From NCBI GenBank assembly GCA_049598575.1, contig JBMYNT010000003.1:1155-65154 (forward strand): a DNA stretch of 64,000 bases. Direction: 5' to 3'. The translations under genes were made by a program, and so were the position numbers. Shown in pieces: positions 1-8,474 of the stretch. The stretch comes from Candidatus Poseidoniaceae archaeon. Its GTDB lineage: Archaea > Thermoplasmatota > Poseidoniia > Poseidoniales > Poseidoniaceae. Positions within the stretch are counted from its first letter, which is position 1; each line of letters opens with the position of its first letter. Below the pieces are notes generated by a model that had not been told where the DNA came from, ran no database searches, and saw only the letters and a list, made by a program, of their open reading frames with translations.

Positions 1-451
1 TCTCATGATCTATTTCTCTGACAACATAACCACGGTGGAATTTGAGGACATCGTCCGAAAATTCTCGGAAGCAAAGGAAGCCCCTGGTTGTCTGTTGTTG
101 GCTCGTGAAGAGGAGCATCCAGAAGCATTCGGTGTTGCAGTTCTTGATGATGATGGCAACATCATCGATGTCGTTGAGAAGCCTGAAAATCCTCCATCGA
201 ATCTTGCAATCGGCGGAATTTATCTGTTCGATGAAACCTTCTGGGACAAACTCGATGATGCTGTTGAAGAGAAGGGTAAGTCCTTCTCAATTTCGGACAT
301 CAATCGCGCTTACATCGCTGAAGGAAAAGCAACCTTCGTTTCTGTAGGCGCAGACACGTGGGTCGACTGTGGTACGCCAGAAACCCTTCTCCAAGCCAGC
401 CTGATGGCAAAAGAAGGGAAGCTCAATCCTCGTCCATATCGGGAGAGATGA
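1..451 (+). CDS. Sugar-1-phosphate nucleotidyltransferase C-terminal part (RmlA / glucose-1-phosphate thymidylyltransferase-like), 5'-truncated by window edge
   Basis: ORF 5..451 in frame with window start; C-terminal region of NDP-sugar pyrophosphorylases (…GGIYLFD…, …[10 protein letters not shown]…). Adjacent to sugar dehydrogenase and GtrA genes. Confidence 0.55.
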   Translation, partial: LMIYFSDNITTVEFEDIVRKFSEAKEAPGCLLLAREEEHPEAFGVAVLDDDGNIIDVVEKPENPPSNLAIGGIYLFDETFWDKLDDAVEEKGKSFSISDINRAYIAEGKATFVSVGADTWVDCGTPETLLQASLMAKEGKLNPRPYRER

Positions 452-455
452 TTCT

Positions 456-1280
456 ATGAAAATCGGAATAATTGGAGCGGGAATGGTCGGTGGAGCGATT
501 GAGTACTGCTTTGGAGATGCACACGAGTTGTTTGTCCACGATCCTGCTCGTGGAACGGAGTTATCCGTTGTTACGGACAACGTCGATTTTGCGTACATCG
601 CTGTACCGACTCCGCCTCATCCAGAAACTGGAGCATGCGATACTCGCATCGTTGAGGCAACGCTTGATGCCTTACCAGATGGCTTCACTGCCGTCATCAA
701 AAGCACCGTTGTACCGGGGACAACACAACGCTATCACGAACAATACCCTCATCTCAAAATCGCTTATTCTCCAGAATTTTTGGTTGAACGTCAACGGTTA
801 GAGGATTTTGCAAATCAAGACATCTTGGTCTGTGGGACGCATCACGCTGATGTTGCAGAACGCGTGTTTGAACAACATCGCCAAGCAGGCGTTCTACGTC
901 GTGACCAAACCTTCCAAGTCACTCCAACACAAGCTGAATTGGTCAAATACACCAAGAACACATTCTATGCGATGAAAGTGACGTTTGCAAATCAATTGTA
1001 CGATATTTGCGAAGGACTTGGAGAAGATTGGTACAAAATTCGTGAAATCATCACTGCTGAACAAGCACAACCAATTGGTCCATCTCACCTCGATCCCATC
1101 TTCGGGTTGAACCGTGGATTTGGAGGCAAATGTTTGCCAAAAGATTCCTTGGCATTGGGCGTCCTCGCAGAACAACTTGGCGTGAAGTATGAATGGATGG
1201 ATGCGATGCAAAACGACAACAGTCGTTTGCGAACCATCCTGACAGGAAAGCCAAGCGATGTGGTGACCAATGACGACTGA
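456..1280 (+). CDS. UDP-glucose/GDP-mannose dehydrogenase family protein, short form lacking the C-terminal UDP-sugar-binding domain
   Basis: N-terminal Rossmann motif [13 protein letters not shown]; catalytic-Cys motif [10 protein letters not shown] near residue 235. The ORF stops about 40 aa after this motif at 274 aa, where typical family members are about 400-450 aa. Confidence 0.75.
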   Translation: MKIGIIGAGMVGGAIEYCFGDAHELFVHDPARGTELSVVTDNVDFAYIAVPTPPHPETGACDTRIVEATLDALPDGFTAVIKSTVVPGTTQRYHEQYPHLKIAYSPEFLVERQRLEDFANQDILVCGTHHADVAERVFEQHRQAGVLRRDQTFQVTPTQAELVKYTKNTFYAMKVTFANQLYDICEGLGEDWYKIREIITAEQAQPIGPSHLDPIFGLNRGFGGKCLPKDSLALGVLAEQLGVKYEWMDAMQNDNSRLRTILTGKPSDVVTNDD

Positions 1281-1725
1281 TCTGAGTCATGTCCACAACC
1301 GGTTAGCGCCTCGTGGGTCGCTGTGGCGATTTGGCCTCGCTGGTGGCTTCAACAGCGCTGTATTTTTCAGCGCATGGACCGTTTCGATGTTTCTCTTTCC
1401 AGAGGTTGATGTTCGTATTCTATGGGGAACATTCTGGGGCTTGACTGGGATTATGGCCCATTTTGTTCATCGATGGTACACCTTTGACAATCACAAATCG
1501 TTGCGATGGACCTTGCCCACAGCGATACCTGTTTACTTGGCAAGTATGTACGGCTCAAGTGTGACAATCGGATGGCTTGAAGGTGAATTTCCAGAACAGA
1601 TTGTTTGGCTAGGTATCCCAAATCTGTTGTTTTGGGGCGTCATTATCTGGCTAACCATGAGAATATTCGTCTTCCAATTTTCTCCATCTAGACCGCATGC
1701 GTCTCAAGAAGATCAAATGGAATAA
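1270..1725 (+). CDS. GtrA-family polysaccharide-synthesis membrane protein
   Basis: 151 aa with about 4 predicted TM helices and W/F-rich hydrophobic segments typical of GtrA-like proteins. Sits in a sugar-nucleotide gene context. Overlaps the previous gene by 11 nt. Confidence 0.55.
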   Translation: MTTDLSHVHNRLAPRGSLWRFGLAGGFNSAVFFSAWTVSMFLFPEVDVRILWGTFWGLTGIMAHFVHRWYTFDNHKSLRWTLPTAIPVYLASMYGSSVTIGWLEGEFPEQIVWLGIPNLLFWGVIIWLTMRIFVFQFSPSRPHASQEDQME

Positions 1726-2083
1726 TGCTCAATGCTTCTTCATGGGTTGCTTCCAAATCAACCGGGCAGGCTGAACCTGCGTGAACCGCAGCGAGCCACG
1801 TTCGTGCACAAACGCACCATGAATCGCCGGGCTTTAACCCAGGAAATGAAAAGTGAGGAGCAGGTGTCATCAAATCATTTCCTTGAGCTTTTGCAAATTC
1901 AAGAAAGTCCTGTGTCACCACACAACAAACCGTATGCGAGCCTCGGTCGTTGTCATCGGTGTTGCAGCAACCATCGCGATACCAACCAGTAAGAGGGTCT
2001 GTAGAACACGACTTGAGCTCAGTTCCAAGGACGTTCACGGATGGGTGCATGGTGAAGGCTTGAAACACCTCCCTATCAATCAT
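1688..2083 (-). CDS. DUF2237-family conserved hypothetical protein
   Basis: Motifs CSTDPLTGWYRDGCCNTDDNDRGSHTVC … RGNDLMTP…FPGLKPGDSWCVCARTW…LEATHEEAL match the characteristic DUF2237 signature. Confidence 0.55.
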   Translation of the reverse strand: MIDREVFQAFTMHPSVNVLGTELKSCSTDPLTGWYRDGCCNTDDNDRGSHTVCCVVTQDFLEFAKAQGNDLMTPAPHFSFPGLKPGDSWCVCARTWLAAVHAGSACPVDLEATHEEALSIIPFDLLETHAV

Positions 2084-2174
2084 CGTGTGGGTCCAAGCAT
2101 TGTTGCATCAAATGTCGATTTGTCCTGCCTTGGAGGCGAGAGGTTCATCATGGAGAAGCACAAGAGTGGTTCAG

Positions 2175-2606
2175 ATGCTACCAGATACTCTCCAGAATTT
2201 GCCCCGTGATGAACGATACGCATATGCTCGTTTGCTTGCATACATGGCCCGTGTCGATGAAGAAATTACCGTGGATGAACTTGCTATGTTTGAACAACAA
2301 CTTGGCAAAGCTCTCCTTTCTCCGAACCAACGAGAAGTCCTCCGAAGAGCGCTCAAGAGTCCTCCAACACTTGAGGAATGCTTGGATGGACTTGGTCCTG
2401 AAGCAGGACGCCTCGCTCTTCGAGATGCTGTCCTCATGGCAGCCTCAGATGGTTCGGTCGACGATGATGAACTCGAAGTTCTAGAAGAAATCGCTGAACA
2501 CCTCGGACTTGTCCCAGACGCTGTTGAACAACTCATCGAATGGACAAAGGTCGGATACACTTGGATGCAAGACGGATACGATCTGTTGAATTCTCTTCAA
2601 GGTTGA
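2175..2606 (+). CDS. TerB-like (tellurite-resistance TerB / DjlA-N-like) domain protein
   Basis: Pattern YAYARLLAYMARVDEEITVDELAMFEQ … DAVLMAASDGSVDDDELEVLEEIAEHLGL is a typical TerB-like helix pair with acidic residues. Start chosen at the internal ATG (2175) to avoid a divergent overlap with the DUF2237 gene. The ORF as computed starts at 2085. Confidence 0.5.
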   Translation: MLPDTLQNLPRDERYAYARLLAYMARVDEEITVDELAMFEQQLGKALLSPNQREVLRRALKSPPTLEECLDGLGPEAGRLALRDAVLMAASDGSVDDDELEVLEEIAEHLGLVPDAVEQLIEWTKVGYTWMQDGYDLLNSLQG

Positions 2607-2612
2607 AGCCCT

Positions 2613-3062
2613 ATGTTTTGCGACGGCGTCGCTGATTTGGACGCTGCTGAGCGAGCGCGTTACGCCGATTTGCTCGTCCTCATTGCTGCAGCGGATGGTG
2701 AGCTTGTTCGAGAAGAAATTCAAGTTCTCGAGGGTTTCATGGGACGAGCCATGGTTCACCCAGAAGCAAGAACATCCATCCGCAAAGGATTGTACGATAC
2801 AAATCGACTTTCAAATCTGTTGAAGAATGCTGAATTGGAAACCCTTCGATATGTCCTTCGGGACGGTGCTTTACTCGCTGCTGCTGATGGTGAATACGAC
2901 CGTAGAGAATTACGCATTCTCAAGAAAATCGCTTCCACTGCAGACGTTGATGAAACCGAATTGAAAGCACTCTTCGATTGGGTTGCAAAAGGTTGGGAGT
3001 GGCATGCTAATGGCGTGGTACTCGCAAAGTTGTCCGCGCGAAACGATTCACCTTCAGAATGA
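2613..3062 (+). CDS. TerB-like domain protein (paralog of the preceding gene)
   Basis: Pattern LLVLIAAADGELVREEIQVLEGFM … DGALLAAADGEYDRRELRILKKIAS is the same TerB-like repeat architecture. It lies 7 nt downstream of the previous TerB-like gene. Confidence 0.5.
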   Translation: MFCDGVADLDAAERARYADLLVLIAAADGELVREEIQVLEGFMGRAMVHPEARTSIRKGLYDTNRLSNLLKNAELETLRYVLRDGALLAAADGEYDRRELRILKKIASTADVDETELKALFDWVAKGWEWHANGVVLAKLSARNDSPSE

Positions 3063-3100
3063 ATCATTTCATGATTTCAACAGGCACATTCAAACCATGA

Positions 3101-5122
3101 TTGAATACCCACTGGTTGGGGCGGACTATGCAAAACGGAGTTAGCGGCTGGTATGCAAGATTAGATCGATGCTTGGACAACAGACAAACACAAATCGAAA
3201 TGTGGCTCGATGCATGGGAAAACTCCCTCCGAACCCACCAACCTATCGCTGCTCTTCTCCCAGAAGATTGGCCAACACTTCCAGCAAATCTTCTGACCGA
3301 TCCAGGTCATGTTCTCGACCATCTCCTCGCACGTCACGATGCAGAATCCGATGGTCGCTCCCCGCGTGGAGCACACCCTACTCCTCCTCGTCTCGCTGAT
3401 TCGATCATCTCATCGGAAATGCTCGAGGCGACCATCCAACCGAAGGTCAAGAAACAAACGACCAATATGCACCTAGCAGACCTTCCTCCTGGCTTCCAAA
3501 AGCACATCAAGAAGCTGAACTTCCCGCCCAGCGAAGAAGAGGTAACCCTCGATGAGGACTCGCTTGAAGCCGTCAAGCGCAGCGAACGCACGAGCAGCGG
3601 TATTCCGCTCCCGTTTTCAGACATGTCTTGTGGAGGAGGCATTTTCCATGCACGTATGCTTCGAAAGCACAGTGAGTTGTTTGAAGGACAGAGTACTGAT
3701 CTACGCAAAGAAGACACGGAACGACTGTTCCGAGGATTCCAACTTGTTGACGTCGATGAGCTTGTCGTCCGTTCCACTCGAAAGCGATTGTTGCTTGAAG
3801 CGATTCGCCTGGGTCTTGTCTCCCTCGAAGGCGAGCAAGAAGGTAAACTCGCTCGGAACCTCGTTGAAACCATCCTCGAGCAAAACATCGTTTGCTCCGA
3901 TACGCTCCAAGAAGACTGGCCATGGGACCAAGCACCTCGTTTGATCATCGCTAACCCTCCTTGGCTGCGCATCAAAGATCGATTCCGTGGCATGGAAGAT
4001 GGTTCACAACGCCGCAAGGACTTGAGCGAAAAACTACGAAGCCTCTCTAATGAGGATGGCCCTCGTTTCTCGACCATGCGTGGAAACGTCAACCTCTACC
4101 GGCTGTTCATCGAGCGCGGTATGCAAGTTCTCTCAACCGATGGAAAAATGCGAATCGTTGCTCCTGACAGCCTTCTACGAGAACAATCCTCTCACCCATT
4201 GCGAAAACTCCTGGTTGAGAAGCACTCGTGGAACGAAGTTTGGGCTATTGAAGAAGCCAATCTCTTGTTCCCTGGCATGACCCAGGGCGTTGCCATTCTT
4301 GGCATCTCATCGACGCCAAATGGAACGGAATCTCTCAACATCATCGGCCCAGTAACTCGTTCAGATCTACGACGTGTTGGCTCTGGAATCTCATCACGCG
4401 TCCCATCGTTCTCACTTACACAGGAACAATGGGTGCAATGGGCAAGAAACACATGGGCGGTGCCTCGTTTACCTCGTGACCAAATTGAGCGAAAGAGCAT
4501 CCTCAAGATTCTTGACAGTATGTCCCAACTTCCACGACTTGGCGATCATGACCACTGGCTTGCAACGCAAGAACAAACGGTCAAGGTCCGTGTTGGAGAA
4601 ATCGATCAAACAGCCCATTCGAACAACATTTCCAGCTGGGATAAGGCAAAGTCATCTCGTCCATTCATCCGAGGTGTTCATTTCACAGAGGACGAAACCG
4701 GTAGTGTCTACATCCGACACCCAGCTTTCCGAAAGGACATCCCATCGCGTGCGAACGAACGACAACTGGCTATGTGGTCTGGAAAAGCTGAAGTCCAAAC
4801 ATACGGTCCTCGCCTCGCTTGCCAAGCCATCGTGAATGCCCACCAAGAGCGTCGACTACGTTGGGCTGTGATTCCGAAAGGATGCATCCTCGGAAACAGT
4901 GTGAACCATATCGAAATGAACCAAGCCATCCTCAACAGATTGAGTGCAGCCAAAGGCGATCTTCAGAAAGCATTGGAGTGGATGTGCGACCAACTCAACC
5001 AACGCGACTTAGACGATTGGGCAAAGGCCTGGTCCGCCAACAACAACGTCAACAATTACGAATTGGAAATGCTCCCTCTTCAACTAGGGCTTGAAACCGG
5101 TGTTGAAGAAGTCGCACAATGA
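3101..5122 (+). CDS. Gamma-class N6-adenine DNA methyltransferase (Eco57I/TaqI-like), stand-alone
   Basis: Motif X-like GAHPTPPRLADSII, motif I-like DMSCGGGIF, and motif IV IIANPPWLRIKDRF (NPPW), in gamma-class order X-I-IV. An NLYRLFIERG…MRIVAPDSLL segment follows NPPW as in the Eco57I family. About 380 aa follow as a candidate target-recognition domain. No endonuclease or HsdS/HsdR gene is adjacent. Confidence 0.75.
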   Translation: MNTHWLGRTMQNGVSGWYARLDRCLDNRQTQIEMWLDAWENSLRTHQPIAALLPEDWPTLPANLLTDPGHVLDHLLARHDAESDGRSPRGAHPTPPRLADSIISSEMLEATIQPKVKKQTTNMHLADLPPGFQKHIKKLNFPPSEEEVTLDEDSLEAVKRSERTSSGIPLPFSDMSCGGGIFHARMLRKHSELFEGQSTDLRKEDTERLFRGFQLVDVDELVVRSTRKRLLLEAIRLGLVSLEGEQEGKLARNLVETILEQNIVCSDTLQEDWPWDQAPRLIIANPPWLRIKDRFRGMEDGSQRRKDLSEKLRSLSNEDGPRFSTMRGNVNLYRLFIERGMQVLSTDGKMRIVAPDSLLREQSSHPLRKLLVEKHSWNEVWAIEEANLLFPGMTQGVAILGISSTPNGTESLNIIGPVTRSDLRRVGSGISSRVPSFSLTQEQWVQWARNTWAVPRLPRDQIERKSILKILDSMSQLPRLGDHDHWLATQEQTVKVRVGEIDQTAHSNNISSWDKAKSSRPFIRGVHFTEDETGSVYIRHPAFRKDIPSRANERQLAMWSGKAEVQTYGPRLACQAIVNAHQERRLRWAVIPKGCILGNSVNHIEMNQAILNRLSAAKGDLQKALEWMCDQLNQRDLDDWAKAWSANNNVNNYELEMLPLQLGLETGVEEVAQ

Positions 5123-5157
5123 TGGAAGAACGTTGCATCTTTGATAGTTTGAATACG

Positions 5158-5219
5158 ATGTTTTATATCCAGACCCTTGTTAGTTTTGATTGGTATTTGT
5201 CAGTTGGAGGATTCTAAGA
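5158..5219 (+). promoter_or_regulatory. Putative archaeal promoter (TATA-like TTTTATAT) and Shine-Dalgarno GGAGG upstream of the NTPase gene
   Basis: TTTTATAT at 5161-5168, GGAGG at 5206-5210, ATG at 5220. The spacing is consistent with an archaeal BRE/TATA promoter followed by a short leader. Confidence 0.4.
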
Positions 5220-5798
5220 ATGGGCATTCATCCAAAAATTGGCATTACGGGGCTCCCCCGTAGTGGGAAATCCGCAGTTATGGAGAAAGTCCTCTCCATG
5301 CTCAAAGAAGAACGTGAGCGTGAGTTGTCTGCTCGAAATTTGAGCGATACAGAAATCATCGGTGGAATTTGTACGGAACCAATCCTCGAAAATGGAGAGC
5401 GCCTCGGATACAAGGTCAGGGACTTGGTTACTGGAGACGAAGGTGAAATCGCTCACAAGAGCATCGATTCCAGATTGCGCGTCCTTGGATATGGTCTCAA
5501 CACAGCTGAACTTGAACGTGTAGCCATCCCTGCGATTCAACATGCTATTGACAACTGCGAAGTCATCGTCATCGATGAAATTGGAAAATTCGCCGTTGAA
5601 TCGGAAGCCTTTGTCAATGCTGTTCGCAACGCTCTCGAAATCGACAAGCCGACGCTCCTTACACTACACAAAAAGAGCCGACACCCATTGTTGCAAGACA
5701 TTCGACGGAGAGACGATGGTCGTATTCTGGAAGTCACTCCAGTCAACCGCGCCCTTCTGCCCTACAAGATTCACAAATTGATGCGAGAAACCTACTGA
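5220..5798 (+). CDS. Nucleoside-triphosphatase THEP1 family (archaeal NTPase)
   Basis: Walker A motif IGITGLPRSGKS and a Walker B-like VIVIDEIGKF. Size of about 190 aa is typical of MJ1559-like THEP1 proteins. Confidence 0.7.
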   Translation: MGIHPKIGITGLPRSGKSAVMEKVLSMLKEERERELSARNLSDTEIIGGICTEPILENGERLGYKVRDLVTGDEGEIAHKSIDSRLRVLGYGLNTAELERVAIPAIQHAIDNCEVIVIDEIGKFAVESEAFVNAVRNALEIDKPTLLTLHKKSRHPLLQDIRRRDDGRILEVTPVNRALLPYKIHKLMRETY

Positions 5799-5808
5799 TA
5801 ACGTTGGT

Positions 5809-6162
5809 TTGATACATTGCGTCATCCTCGAGGGTTCAATGACTCCAGCGGACCGAGCGCGAAAAATCCTCTTGGGAACGGGGATGTGTCTCGTTTTCGT
5901 TTCCGCTGTTGGCCTCCATTCAGGACGTTATTCAACAACTCCTGAGATCGGCTGGCTCTTCCCAATCATTGCCGCAGTTCTCATCGGAGTAGGGCTCAGA
6001 AAGGGAAACCTTGGTCAACAATTCCCTGATGAATCGGATGATGAAATGACGCAACGTGTTCAAGACGATGTTCAACAGACAGAGAAAGAGAAGAATGTTG
6101 GTCAAGCATGGGCTTCTTTGGAACAACACGTCTTGAAGTCAGAAATTGATGAAGCCGAATGA
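5809..6162 (+). CDS. Hypothetical small membrane protein (2 TM) with acidic C-terminal tail
   Basis: Two hydrophobic segments (LLGTGMCLVFVSAVGL, WLFPIIAAVLIGVGL) followed by a D/E-rich tail. No recognisable family. Confidence 0.3.
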   Translation: MIHCVILEGSMTPADRARKILLGTGMCLVFVSAVGLHSGRYSTTPEIGWLFPIIAAVLIGVGLRKGNLGQQFPDESDDEMTQRVQDDVQQTEKEKNVGQAWASLEQHVLKSEIDEAE

Positions 6163-6221
6163 GATATGTCGGAAGCGGTTGATTCATACCCTTCATTTAC
6201 TTCCGTCAATGTGGTGAGAGC

Positions 6222-6605
6222 ATGAGTGAAATACCTGCTGAATTGTTTTACACGAAAGAACACGAATGGATTCGAATGGATGGAGATATTGCAACCATTG
6301 GCATTACAGACCATGCCCAAGATGCACTTACAGACATCGTCTACATTGAACTGCCAGAAGGTGGAGAAATGCTGGAAGATATGGGTGAGTTTGCAATCGT
6401 CGAATCGGTAAAGTCCGCATCCCCTATCTTTGCTCCTCTTGCTGGAGAAATCACAGAGGTCAACTTCGATCTCGAAGACACACCTGAATTGATGAATTCA
6501 AGCCCATATGGCGATGGGTGGATTGTCAAAATGAAGTTGTCGAATCCAGATGATGTTTCAACACTCATGTCTGCAGATGCTTATCGAAGCATGTTAGGCG
6601 AGTGA
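6222..6605 (+). CDS. gcvH: Glycine cleavage system H protein
   Basis: 127 aa with lipoyl-lysine motif …IVESVKSASPIFAPLAGEI… and the conserved EHEWIR/GITDHAQ N-terminus. Confidence 0.85.
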   Translation: MSEIPAELFYTKEHEWIRMDGDIATIGITDHAQDALTDIVYIELPEGGEMLEDMGEFAIVESVKSASPIFAPLAGEITEVNFDLEDTPELMNSSPYGDGWIVKMKLSNPDDVSTLMSADAYRSMLGE

Positions 6606-7150
6606 ACATATTGAGCGAACCAACGCGACTCACGTTGTACGTTGATGGTTCGTGCGATGGGAATCAGAACGTTAACGCGACCACACCTGCGGGCTGGGGC
6701 GTAGTAGTTGTCGAAGGAGATTCAGGCCTTGGACGTGGTAGTGGAGAAATCCTGACAGAATTGTCAGGACCCGTTTCAACCTCGCCCGAAGATGAGGAAT
6801 TCATCGGAGCAGAAGTTGGTTCGAACAATACTGCTGAGCTCTCTGGACTCTTTGCAGCATTACGATGGCTATTAACCGAAGAGAATGAAGATCCTGTTTG
6901 CATTCGTCTCGATAGTCAATATGCGGGAAACATTGCAACTGGAGCGTGGAGGGCAAAAGCGAACAGAGAGTTAGCGGCACGAGTTCAATCGGTTTGGAAC
7001 GAAGTAGCCTCTCAACGAGAACTCTCTTGGAATCACGTTCGTGCACATCGTGGCCATCGGTGGAACGAGCGTGCTGACCATCTTGCAAAACGAGCAATGC
7101 GTCGAGAACGTCCCTTACCTCTCACGTTTTGGAAGCCTGGACAAGATTAA
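6602..7150 (+). CDS. rnhA: Ribonuclease HI
   Basis: Motifs LYVDGSC (Asp), NNTAELSGL (Glu), RLDSQYA (Asp) and HVRAHRGHRWNERADHLA (His/Asp) match the RNase H type 1 catalytic residues. Confidence 0.8.
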   Translation: MNILSEPTRLTLYVDGSCDGNQNVNATTPAGWGVVVVEGDSGLGRGSGEILTELSGPVSTSPEDEEFIGAEVGSNNTAELSGLFAALRWLLTEENEDPVCIRLDSQYAGNIATGAWRAKANRELAARVQSVWNEVASQRELSWNHVRAHRGHRWNERADHLAKRAMRRERPLPLTFWKPGQD

Positions 7151-8007
7151 GCAAGTCGTTCGTTCAACCACGCTTGCAAATCTTCTGCATACTCAGGCCG
7201 ACGTAATGCATGATCGATTTGCGACTTCAGCCATTCGAACGGTAAACCGGAATCATACCACGAAACAGAATCGGACAAGACGTGCGCATGAAGACGATCA
7301 GAATTCATCCAGTGTTTCATCAATGCAATCGATTGAAGTTCCCCGTATTCTTCCACGGAATAATGGTCGAGAAGTTCAAACGTATCCCCTGCAAACACAT
7401 ACCGACCACATAGGGCGTATGTGGAGGGAGCCTCTTCTTGGCCCGGTTTTTCTACAATGGAAACAATTCTTTCTTCGTCCATCGATACGATGCCATAGTT
7501 GCTCACGCGGTCTTTACCCACATTGTAGACTGATGCGCTTGGTTGGCCATGTTTCTCAAACAACTGGACAAGTTCCTTTGAAACGTTCGAAGGTTGAAAT
7601 TCAGTTAACGATGCGTGATTGGAAGTCAAGATGTTGTCTCCAAGCAACACCAGGAATGGTCCTGCAATGGCTTCCTTCGCCATCATGATGGCGTGACCAA
7701 GACCTTTCTGCTCATGTTGAGTGTGGAAGAAGACTTCGACCCCATCAAGCGGATTGAGATGAGCGTTGCCTTTTGCAAACATCGCATATGTTGCATTGAG
7801 ATTTTCTTGGAGAGGGGTGAAATCTTTTGCTGGCGAAGTGATGATGTGAATTCGGTCACACCCTGCATGTTTGGCTTCAAGAATGAGATGATGCATCACA
7901 GGAAGATCAACCAAGGGCAACAATTCCTTTGGAACATACGCGCTTGTTGGAAGCATTCGGGTACCCAAACCTGCGGCGACAATGACAGCATCACGAACCG
8001 TGCCCAT
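7147..8007 (-). CDS. UTP-glucose-1-phosphate uridylyltransferase-like sugar nucleotidyltransferase (GalU family)
   Basis: Motifs VIVAAGLGTRMLP…PKELLP, GLGHAIMMA, VVEKP and LLGDNI. Start set at the internal Met (MGTVRD) because the upstream 56 codons are non-conserved and overlap a divergent gene. Confidence 0.7.
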   Translation of the reverse strand: MGTVRDAVIVAAGLGTRMLPTSAYVPKELLPLVDLPVMHHLILEAKHAGCDRIHIITSPAKDFTPLQENLNATYAMFAKGNAHLNPLDGVEVFFHTQHEQKGLGHAIMMAKEAIAGPFLVLLGDNILTSNHASLTEFQPSNVSKELVQLFEKHGQPSASVYNVGKDRVSNYGIVSMDEERIVSIVEKPGQEEAPSTYALCGRYVFAGDTFELLDHYSVEEYGELQSIALMKHWMNSDRLHAHVLSDSVSWYDSGLPFEWLKSQIDHALRRPEYAEDLQAWLNERLA

Positions 8008-8059
8008 GCTGTTGCTTGCAAGCGACAGGCTATCAAGCGTACACCCACTCGTAGGATTA

Positions 8060-8473
8060 ATGGAGTCAAATCGTAAGGTGGTTCTTCTCGCCAGTGGCGT
8101 GATACTCCTTTCGTTTTCATTCTTTGAATTCCTTCCTGCTGGACCTTGGCTCGATGCTTCCTTCTCGAGAGGCATGAGCGGATTGCTCGGACTGTCGCTT
8201 CTCTATCTCAGTTGGTTTGAGTATGTGTTCAAGGAGGCTGGAGTTGTTCCAACCATCGCAAAATGGAAGCATCCTGAGTCCACTTGGAAGACCGTTGTGG
8301 CTGTAGGATTTTTCGTCCTTGGCTTATCCTGGGTTTCTGGGAACACAGGAGTTGGTGATGTTCTTCCTGAGCCTTCTGCAATGCTCCTCATGTTGATTGG
8401 TTTGCTCATCACCTACACTGGTTTCTACGCCTACTTGGTAACAAATGGACCGCTCAGGAATGAAGAGGAATGA
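8060..8473 (+). CDS. Hypothetical membrane protein
   Basis: Four to five hydrophobic helices. The start is uncertain: the ORF begins at 7982, and internal starts exist at 8060 and 8174. Confidence 0.3.
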   Translation: MESNRKVVLLASGVILLSFSFFEFLPAGPWLDASFSRGMSGLLGLSLLYLSWFEYVFKEAGVVPTIAKWKHPESTWKTVVAVGFFVLGLSWVSGNTGVGDVLPEPSAMLLMLIGLLITYTGFYAYLVTNGPLRNEEE

Positions 8474-8474
8474 G

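Noticed and set aside
456-1725. Possibility that the short UDP-sugar dehydrogenase and the following GtrA ORF are one frameshifted gene
   Set aside because: The downstream ORF is a hydrophobic 4-TM GtrA-type protein, not a UDP-binding domain. The missing domain is therefore genuinely absent rather than frameshifted.
3334-4092. 252-aa ORF on the minus strand inside the methyltransferase gene (also 3552..3944, 3573..3935)
   Set aside because: It is antisense to a well-supported CDS with clear catalytic motifs, and its composition is Ser/Arg-rich low complexity with no motifs.
7041-7688. 215-aa plus-strand ORF antisense to the GalU-like gene
   Set aside because: Antisense to a CDS with strong nucleotidyltransferase motifs, and has no recognisable features.
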